Shown here piece by piece: positions 32,732 to 39,600 of a DNA stretch of 39,600 bases (within the stretch, counting starts at the first letter, position 1; each line of letters starts with the position of its first letter). The translations under genes were made by a program, and so were the position numbers. The stretch lies in contig CAYFYE010000009.1 of NCBI GenBank assembly GCA_964347285.1, forward strand, positions 1 through 39,600, read 5' to 3'. Source of the DNA: an uncultured Acidimicrobiia bacterium. Lineage in GTDB: Bacteria; Actinomycetota; Acidimicrobiia; Spongiisociales; JAOTWH01. The notes below the pieces were generated by a model that was not told the DNA's origin, made no database searches, and worked only from the letters and a program-made list of their open reading frames with translations.

Positions 32732-35205
32732 ATGACTACCGGAGAGCCCCGCGTCGGTATGGATCCGGCCGCGGTCGAGCGATTGACCTCGGCCGGATGG
32801 ATGACAGACGGGTTGCTCGACACCCAGGCGGCGGCCCTCGTGCACGAACTGCAGCGGGGACCCGACCCGGACGGCGCGCTGGGGCGGCTGACGGCCATCC
32901 TGGCCGCCGCGCCCGTGCTGGCCGAAACCGCCCTCACCGACCCCGACGTGGGCCGGAGCCTCATCGCCGTTTCCGGGTCCTCCCGGGCATTGAGTCGGAC
33001 GGTCATGACAGAACCTTCCTGGCTCGTCGACGCACTCGTTAACGCGCTCCCCGCGGTGCCGGCCCTGCCCGCCTCCCATCGAGAGCGCCTGATCTCGCTG
33101 CGCCGCTTCGTGCGGCGCCGGCTCCTGCGCATTGCGGTGCGCGACCTGCTGGGAAGGGCCGACATGCCCCAGGTGGGCAAAGAGCTGGCCGATCTGGCCG
33201 ACGCCGCCGCCGCCGCCGCCCTCGAGGCGGTGCAGGAGGAGGTGGGGGCACGAGACGAGTTCGCCGATCTCGACGAGGTGGCCATGACGGTGGTGGCCAT
33301 GGGCAAGTGGGGAGGGGGCGAGCTCAACTACGCCTCCGACATCGACGCCCTGTTCGTGTATCGAGCCGACGGTGACCCGGAGCGGGCCGCCGCCTACGCC
33401 AACCGGGTGGCCGAAGGTTTCATGGAGGCCCTGGGCGGGGTCACCGTCGAGGGGGTGGCCTTCCGAGTAGACGCCGACCTCCGACCCGAAGGCAGCGCCG
33501 GTCCTCTGGCCCGCAGCCTCGACGCCTATCGGACCTACTACCAGGAGTGGGCCGAAACCTGGGAGTTCCAGTCCCTCATCAAGGCCCGTCCCGCCGCCGG
33601 CGACCCCGATGTGGGGCAAGCCTTCCTGGAGCTGGTGGAGCCGTTCGTCTATCAGGACACCCTGTCTGCAGAGGCCATCCGTGAGGTACGCACGATGAAA
33701 GCCCGGGTGGAGCGGGAGGCGTCGGGCCGCCGGGGAGGCATCGAAATCAAACGGGGAGTCGGCGGGATCCGCGACGTGGAGTTCGCCGTCCAGCTACTCC
33801 AGCTAGTCCACGGGAGGTTCGACGCCTCGCTGCGGGTACCGGCCACCATCGACGGGCTCCGCTCTCTGAGTGAGGGCGGCTACGTGCATCCCGACGACGC
33901 CTCCGACCTGATCGAGTCCTACCGGTGGTTGCGCAACCTCGAGCACCGCATCCAGCTGTTCGATCTCCACCAGACACACGAGTTGCCGGCCGACCCCGCG
34001 GTCCGGGTCCGAACGGCCAAGGCCATGGGCTACCGGGATGAGCCAGAGGCGAGCGCCCTCGAGGCCTTCGAATCCGACTTCGTCAAGCATCAAACATCGG
34101 TCCGCTCCATCCATGAGCGGCTCTTCTACCGGCCACTGCTGGAAGCCTTCGCCGCCTCACCGGGCCCGCATCCGTCCGCCGACAGCGTTGCCCGCCAGCT
34201 CACGGTGCTCGGCTTCGAAGACATCGAAGGCGCCGGCCGGGCATTCGGCGACCTCACCGCCGGCCTGTCCCGCCGGAGCCGCTTGATGCAGCAGATGCTC
34301 CCCCTGATGCTCGACTGGCTGTCCACGTCTCCCGATCCCAGCCTCGGGCTCGGGCAGCTCCGCCAACTCGTGACCCAGACCCAAGACAACACCCAGCTGG
34401 TGGCCGCCCTGCGCGACAGCCCGGTCGCCGCCGAACGTCTGTGCCGGCTACTGGGAACGTCGCGCCTCCTGGGCGGCTTCGTGGATCGGATCCCGGAAGC
34501 CCTTCCCGAGCTGGGCGACGACGACGCCCTCGCGGCCACTCCGACCCGTGACGAACTCATCGACGAAGCGATTCGGCGGATGGCCCTGCCCGCCTCCCAT
34601 CGAGAGCGCCTGATCTCGCTGCGCCGCTTCGTGCGGNNNNNNNNNNNNNNNNNNNNNNNNNNNNNNNNNNNNNNNNNNNNNNNNNNNNNNNNNNNNNNNN
34701 NNNNNNNNNNNNNNNNNNNNNNNNNNNNNNNNNNNNGTCTGCAGAGGCCATCCGTGAGGTACGCACGATGAAAGCCCGGGTGGAGCGGGAGCGAATCCCG
34801 CCCGGAGAGGACCCGTCCTTCCACCTCAAGCTGGGCATGGGCGGTCTCGTCGACGTCGAGTTCACCGTCCAGCTACTCCAACTCAAATACGGGGATGACC
34901 GGCCCGCAGTGCGCATTCAGAACACGCTCGGCGCCATTGCTCGGCTCCGCGAAGAGGGCATCCTCACCGAGTTGGAAGCCGACCACCTGGGGGCGGCCTA
35001 CCGCTTTTGCGGCAGAGTCCGCAACCGCTTGTTTCTCCAGGCGGGCCGGCCGCGCGACTCACTTCCTTCCGATAGTGCCGAGGCAACGCGTCTGGCCATT
35101 TCTCTCGGCTACGACCTCCACCCCCGGACCGCTCTTCGCGAGGACTACCGACGCCTGACGAGAAGGGCCCGCCGGGTGGTGATGAGGCGCTTCTACGGCG
35201 ATTGA
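32732..35205 (+). CDS. glnE: Glutamine synthetase adenylyltransferase/adenylyl-removing enzyme, interrupted by an assembly gap
   Basis: MGKWGGGELNYASDID, DADLRPEG, IKRGVGGIRDVEF. After the gap: HLKLGMGGLVDVEF...TRRARRVV. Confidence 0.93.
33061..33718 (+). repeat. Segment whose first and last 55 nt recur exactly at the two edges of the gap
   Basis: 33061-33115 is identical to 34582-34636, and 33664-33718 is identical to 34737-34791. The bases just outside differ. Confidence 0.9.
34637..34736. other. Scaffold gap (100 N placeholder)
   Basis: Run of exactly 100 N. Confidence 0.99.
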
Positions 35206-36257
35206 CCCCCGGGAGGTTCCGCCATCTCCACACCCAACGCTTGGGCGATGCGGCCGATCTGGTCCATCAGCGAGGAGAACTCCTCGGGAGGCAGAGCCTG
35301 GGGGCCGTCCACCTTGGCCGCCTCGGGAGCGGGGTGGACGTCGATCATGACCCCATTGGCGCCGGCGGCGACCGAAGCCCGGGCCAGAGCCGGGACCAGG
35401 GCTCGCCGCCCGGCCGAGTGGGATGGATCCACCACCACCGGCAGGTGGGAGAGTTGTCGGACCACCGGGATCGCGGAGATGTCCAGCGTGTTGCGGGTGG
35501 CCGTCTCGAACGTGCGGATCCCCCGCTCGCAGAGAATCACCTCGGCGTTGCCGGCGCCCAGCACATACTCGGCCGCACTCATCCACTCCTCGATGGTGGC
35601 GTTGTAGCCCCGTTTGAGCATCACCGGGCGAGGTTGGCGGCCCAACTCGGCAAGCAGTGTGAAGTTGGACATGTTGCGCGACCCCACCCGCACCATGTCG
35701 GCATAGGAAGCGACCAGGTCGATGTCACGCGGGTCGAGCACCTCGGCGACGAACGGCAGGCCGAACTCCTTCCTGACCTCGGCGAGTATCTCGAGGCCCT
35801 TCTCCCCGAGGCCCTGGAAGGAGTACGGCGACGTCCGGGGCTTGAAGGCGTCGCCGCGCAAGAGGGCGGCTCCGGCACTCCGTACCGCCTCGGCGGCGGC
35901 GAACATCTGCTCTCTGCTCTCGACCGCACAGGGGCCGGCGATCACCGTGACCCGGTTGCCCCCGAAGGGAACTCCTCCCGCCTCGACCACGGTGTCTTCG
36001 CTGCGGACGTCCCGGCTCACCGACCGGAACGGCCCGAGGATCGGCACGGCCCGCTCCACCCCCGGGAACGCCTCCCAGGGCTGCTGGCGGACCAGCTCTC
36101 CGGCGCCGATGGCCCCGATGACCGTGCGCACCTGACCCGGGGACACGTGTGCCTCGGCGCCGAGGTCCGAAAGGCGCCGCACCACCGCGTCCACCTCGTC
36201 GGCGGTGGCGGCGGCGGTCATCACGATGATCAGCGATTCGTCGCCCAAGGCGCTCAT
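35193..36257 (-). CDS. aroF: DAHP synthase, type I-beta with an N-terminal regulatory domain
   Basis: IAGPCAVES, FKPRTSPYSFQGLG, LKRG, CERGIRTFE, DPSH. ATG 36257 overlaps the upstream stop (ATGA). Confidence 0.95.
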   Translation of the reverse strand: MSALGDESLIIVMTAAATADEVDAVVRRLSDLGAEAHVSPGQVRTVIGAIGAGELVRQQPWEAFPGVERAVPILGPFRSVSRDVRSEDTVVEAGGVPFGGNRVTVIAGPCAVESREQMFAAAEAVRSAGAALLRGDAFKPRTSPYSFQGLGEKGLEILAEVRKEFGLPFVAEVLDPRDIDLVASYADMVRVGSRNMSNFTLLAELGRQPRPVMLKRGYNATIEEWMSAAEYVLGAGNAEVILCERGIRTFETATRNTLDISAIPVVRQLSHLPVVVDPSHSAGRRALVPALARASVAAGANGVMIDVHPAPEAAKVDGPQALPPEEFSSLMDQIGRIAQALGVEMAEPPGGQSP

Positions 36258-36493
36258 CTCCACGTCGCCGCGGCCTCCGGAACGGCCAATCGTCGCACCC
36301 GGCCGGAGCGTTCCCGCAACCCCGCCTCGACTTCGTCCACGAGCTCCTCGTCCCACATCGACAGCAGAACGGTTCCCTCCTCGTCGGCCCCCATCACCAG
36401 GACTCGACAACGGGGATCTTCGGCCATTTCGTCTGCAAGCTGGACAACGCTTGCCGCGGCGCCGGGATCGGTCTCATACAGCAGCGCCTGCAT
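36254..36493 (-). CDS. 79-aa hypothetical protein coupled to aroF
   Basis: MQALLYETDPG...AAATWR, with TACCGT upstream and an ATGA overlap with aroF. Confidence 0.65.
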   Translation of the reverse strand: MQALLYETDPGAAASVVQLADEMAEDPRCRVLVMGADEEGTVLLSMWDEELVDEVEAGLRERSGRVRRLAVPEAAATWR

Positions 36494-36592
36494 AAGGCAG
36501 CGACGGTAGCACGAGGCCGGCACTGTCTGGACTCCGCGCCCCACCCCGGCGACCCCGCAATTGCGGGTCACGGGCCTCGGTAGTCTGTCCGG

Positions 36593-37555
36593 ATGGAGCG
36601 CATCCTGGTCACCGGAGCGGCCAGCTGGACCGGGGGTCGGCTGGTCGAGAGCCTGGAGATCCGTCCCGGCACCGAGGTGCTTGCCGTCGACGAGGACCCG
36701 CCCCGCATCGAGTTTCGAAGCGACTTCGTCCAGGTGGGGCTCGATCACCTCGATTTCCCCGGCCTCTTCCTGGGCTTCCGACCCCACGCCGTCCTGCACC
36801 TGGAGACCCTCGATCCGTCCCTTTTCGGTGGGGATGAGGACGCCAACATCGTCGTTGGTGCCCAGGCCCTGTTCGGGGCCGTAGCCCGGTGCCGGGAGAC
36901 ACGGACGGTCGTCGTCAAGTCGGACTCGGCCGTCTACGGAGCCGGGCCGCGCAGCCCATCGGTGTTCTCGGAGGAAACGGACTCGGTCGGCCGCCCCGAA
37001 CGCCACCAGCGCCACCTCCAGGATCTGGAGCGGTTCGTCGCCGATATGGCAGGCCAGCAGCCGGAGGTCACCTATGCGATCCTTCGCTTCGCCCCGATCA
37101 TCGGGCCGACGATCGACAACCCGCTGAGCCGCCTCCTGCACCTGCCGGCGGTTCCGACCCTCCTGGGTTTCGACCCGCGCTTTCAATTCGTCCACGAGGA
37201 CGACGCGGTGGAGGCGATGCTCCACGCCCACGACCGCGGCGCGAGCGGCACATTCAACATCGCCGCTCCCGGGCAGATCTACCTCAGCCGGGTCCTCCGC
37301 CTCGGACGTCGCGTCCAACAGCCCCTGCCCGGCCGGGCCTACCGAGCGGCGCTGCGTGCGCTGGCGGGGCGCGGCATCCGCATCGGCGAGGACTTGCGCA
37401 ACTTGATGACCTGGGGTCGTGTCCTCGACACTTCGCGGATGGCCAACCTCCTCGATTTCGCTCCGGCTCTCAACTGCCGCCAGACCGTCCTGGCCAGCTA
37501 CGGCCGCATCCCCGGCGATGCCGTGCCGGCCACGGCAGGAGTCGGCGGTGACTGA
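36593..37555 (+). CDS. NAD-dependent epimerase/dehydratase family protein (Rv0501-like)
   Basis: ILVTGAAS, KSDSAVYG, PTLLGFDPRFQFVHEDD. ATG lies 6 nt after TAGTCT. Confidence 0.88.
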   Translation: MERILVTGAASWTGGRLVESLEIRPGTEVLAVDEDPPRIEFRSDFVQVGLDHLDFPGLFLGFRPHAVLHLETLDPSLFGGDEDANIVVGAQALFGAVARCRETRTVVVKSDSAVYGAGPRSPSVFSEETDSVGRPERHQRHLQDLERFVADMAGQQPEVTYAILRFAPIIGPTIDNPLSRLLHLPAVPTLLGFDPRFQFVHEDDAVEAMLHAHDRGASGTFNIAAPGQIYLSRVLRLGRRVQQPLPGRAYRAALRALAGRGIRIGEDLRNLMTWGRVLDTSRMANLLDFAPALNCRQTVLASYGRIPGDAVPATAGVGGD

Positions 37556-38684
37556 GGGTCTCCGGTCGATGACCAAGGCCGAGCTTCTCGCCGAGGCCCG
37601 GGCCCGGGATATCGCCGGCCGCTCCAGGATGCGCAAGGCGGAACTCTTGGAAGCGTTGCAGGCCCTCGAGGAGACGGCCGGAAGGCTCGGTCCCGAGGAT
37701 CGCCGCCGGGCGCTCTCCGAGCGACTCGCCAAGCTGGTCGAGTCGAGCCGAAGGTGCGACTGGACCAGCGTCGAGGGGCACCCGTGCGGTCTGCCGACCG
37801 CCACCGGAGCCGTGCAGTGCGTCCTGCACGGCGGAGTCGACATCCACGATCTGGCCGTGCCCATCTTGGGCCGCCTGGGCATCGACACCTGGCCCACCTT
37901 GCTCCGTCACCTGTGGCTGGCCAGCTACAGCATCGACCCACTGGGCCTCGATCCGGTGGTCTCGGAACTCATCTGGCACCTGCTGAACGTCCTCTACTTC
38001 GAGTACTTCCGCGTCGAGGTCGAGGGCATCGACCACGTGCCGATGCACGGGCCGGCCGTCCTGGTCTCCAATCACGGCGGCGCGGCTCTGCCCTACGACG
38101 CCGCGATGCTGATGCTCACCGTGGCCAACGAGGCAGCCCGGCCGCGTCGGGTGCGAGTCATCGCCACCGAGATCTTCAACATGCTTCCGGTGATCTCGCA
38201 TCTCTATCGCAAGGCGGGGGCGGCGTTCGCCAGCAGAGAGGATGCCCACCGCATCCTGGCCGACGGCCACCTCCTCGGCGTGTTCCCGGAGGGCGAACGT
38301 GGCTTCATGAAACCGGTTTCGGAGGCGTACCGGCTCCAGCGTTTCGGGCGGGGAGGCTTCGTCGAGAGCGCCAGGCGGCACAGGGCACCGCTCGTTCCGG
38401 TCGCCATCGTGGGCTCCGAGGAGGTCCATCCCGCCCTGTTCGTGTCGAAGACCCTGGCGAGGCTGGTGCGCCTGGTCTTCCCGGAACAGCGGGTCGAGGG
38501 GGTGGCCGTCTTCCTCAATCCGATTCCCCTTCCCGTCAGATGGAGGATCCGTTTCCTCGAACCTCTCGACCCTCCGCCGCCCGACGCCGATCCGCTGGCG
38601 ATTCTGGAGACGTCCGAGGAGATCCGCTCCCGCATTCAGCGGGTCCTCGACGAGATGGTCGAGGCCCGTTCCGGCCTCTTCTGA
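37548..38684 (+). CDS. Lysophospholipid acyltransferase (PlsC family, Rv0502-like) with Rho-N-like and Cys/His N-terminal modules
   Basis: SNHGGAALPYD, VFPEG, FGRGGF, PVAIVGSEE. GTG 37548 has an AGGAG RBS. Confidence 0.9.
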   Translation: MTEGLRSMTKAELLAEARARDIAGRSRMRKAELLEALQALEETAGRLGPEDRRRALSERLAKLVESSRRCDWTSVEGHPCGLPTATGAVQCVLHGGVDIHDLAVPILGRLGIDTWPTLLRHLWLASYSIDPLGLDPVVSELIWHLLNVLYFEYFRVEVEGIDHVPMHGPAVLVSNHGGAALPYDAAMLMLTVANEAARPRRVRVIATEIFNMLPVISHLYRKAGAAFASREDAHRILADGHLLGVFPEGERGFMKPVSEAYRLQRFGRGGFVESARRHRAPLVPVAIVGSEEVHPALFVSKTLARLVRLVFPEQRVEGVAVFLNPIPLPVRWRIRFLEPLDPPPPDADPLAILETSEEIRSRIQRVLDEMVEARSGLF

Positions 38685-38735
38685 GCCGCCGAACCTGCGC
38701 TAGCAATAGTTAGCACTCTGCGATATCCTGTGATC

Positions 38736-39083
38736 GTGAGAGAACAGCTATCGGAGCTGGGATCGTTCATTCGCCAGCAGCGGGAGCGAAGCGCCCTCTC
38801 CCTTCGGAAACTGGCCGAGCGGGCCGGTATCTCGAACCCGTACTTGAGCCAGATCGAAAGAGGGCTTCGCAAACCGTCGGCCGACATCCTGAAGTCGATT
38901 GCGCACGCGCTCTCGATCAGCGCCGAGTCACTCTATGAGCGGGCGGGCCTTCTCGAGCGCACCGAACGCCCATCGGTGGAGGATTCGATCCATTCCGACA
39001 TCCGGCTCAGCCCGAAGCAGAAACAGGCGCTGACCCAGGTGTATCGCAGCTTCGTCGGCATCGAGGAAAAGGAGGAGACATGA
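38736..39083 (+). CDS. XRE-family HTH transcriptional regulator (Rv0474-like)
   Basis: LSLRKLAERAGISNPYLSQIERGLRKPSA...QKQALTQVYRSF. GTG 38736 lies 6 nt after TATCCT (alternative start 38730). Confidence 0.93.
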   Translation: MREQLSELGSFIRQQRERSALSLRKLAERAGISNPYLSQIERGLRKPSADILKSIAHALSISAESLYERAGLLERTERPSVEDSIHSDIRLSPKQKQALTQVYRSFVGIEEKEET

Positions 39084-39499
39084 AGTTGAGAGTCCGGGAC
39101 TCACTCTATGCAGCGGTGGGAGCGCCGGTGATTGCCGGCCGCAAGCTGCTCGACGTCGGCAAGGACGTGACCGCCAAGGCCCGCGGTGCGTTCGATGAAT
39201 CGGCCGACGAGGGCCGCAAGGTGGCGGAGAAGATCCGCAAGGCCGAAGTCGTCGAGGAACTCGAGGAGCGACTCGACCCCATCCAGGACCGGGTGGGCAA
39301 GCTGCGCGACCAGGTGGAGGAAACCCTCCACAACTGGCGTGAGTCATTCCAACCCGAGTCCAAGAAGCCGGCCCGCAAGCCGGCCCGAAAGACCGCCAAG
39401 AAGCCGGCCAAGAAGCCGGCAGCCACCAAGGCCGCTGCGGAGAAGCCGGCACCCGACAAGCCCGAGAAAGAGGTCGTCGAGGAGGAGACCGCTTCCTGA
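39080..39499 (+). CDS. HBHA/TadA/phasin-like amphipathic protein with a Lys-Pro-Ala-rich tail
   Basis: N-terminal LYAAVGA, helical coiled-coil core, KKPA repeats. ATGA-coupled to the XRE gene, as in Rv0474-hbhA. Confidence 0.65.
   Translation: MKLRVRDSLYAAVGAPVIAGRKLLDVGKDVTAKARGAFDESADEGRKVAEKIRKAEVVEELEERLDPIQDRVGKLRDQVEETLHNWRESFQPESKKPARKPARKTAKKPAKKPAATKAAAEKPAPDKPEKEVVEEETAS
39362..39421 (+). repeat. Five degenerate 12-bp units encoding KKPA/RKPA/RKTA
   Basis: aagaagccggcc cgcaagccggcc cgaaagaccgcc aagaagccggcc aagaagccggca. Confidence 0.85.
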
Positions 39500-39544
39500 C
39501 CGGCGGGTCGCCCTCCACGGGGCGCCATCCACCGCGCAACGGTC

Positions 39545-39575
39545 AAGAGCCCCGGCGGTATCGCCGGGGCTCTTT
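39545..39575 (+). terminator. Intrinsic terminator
   Basis: AAGAGCCCCGGCG-gtat-CGCCGGGGCTCTTT, a 13-bp perfect stem. Confidence 0.85.
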
Positions 39576-39600
39576 GGCAACGACGGCTGATGCGTCAGTG

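Noticed and set aside
33203..33220. (GCC)6 tract as a phase-variable repeat
   Set aside because: An in-frame poly-Ala run in glnE, common in GC-rich genes and not frame-shifting.
34637..34771. glnE frameshift or split into two genes
   Set aside because: The break coincides with a 100-N placeholder. A fill of about 548 nt restores the frame.

Overview
GC-rich, densely coding bacterial chromosome segment. Gene content and leaderless promoter architecture suggest an actinobacterium, probably Acidimicrobiia; this is an inference. It comes from a scaffolded assembly with one 100-N gap. Most of the window is housekeeping and lipid/amino-acid metabolism: ppk2, phhA, hflX, a hybrid sensor kinase, two acyl-CoA dehydrogenases, gpsA, ctaA/ctaB, selD, mgtE, a REC-GGDEF-degenerate HD-GYP protein, nadE, glnE and aroF. 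I saw no rRNA, tRNA, CRISPR array or intact mobile element. Main points the ORF track misses: (1) selD reads through an in-frame UGA (GAG-U-ACK) followed by a SECIS-like hairpin, so it is a selenoprotein. (2) A 6C-type small RNA with its own promoter and terminator lies between selD and mgtE. (3) Both flanks of the gap in the second glnE domain are exact 55-nt copies of homologous positions in the first domain, which suggests the two catalytic cores are near-identical. (4) Mycobacterial-like lipid modules are present: an LprG/P55-like pair and an epimerase-acyltransferase-XRE-HBHA-like cluster, whose acyltransferase carries Rho-N-like and Cys/His N-terminal add-ons. (5) Several enzyme-family members have altered catalytic residues. 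(6) Leaderless genes are common.
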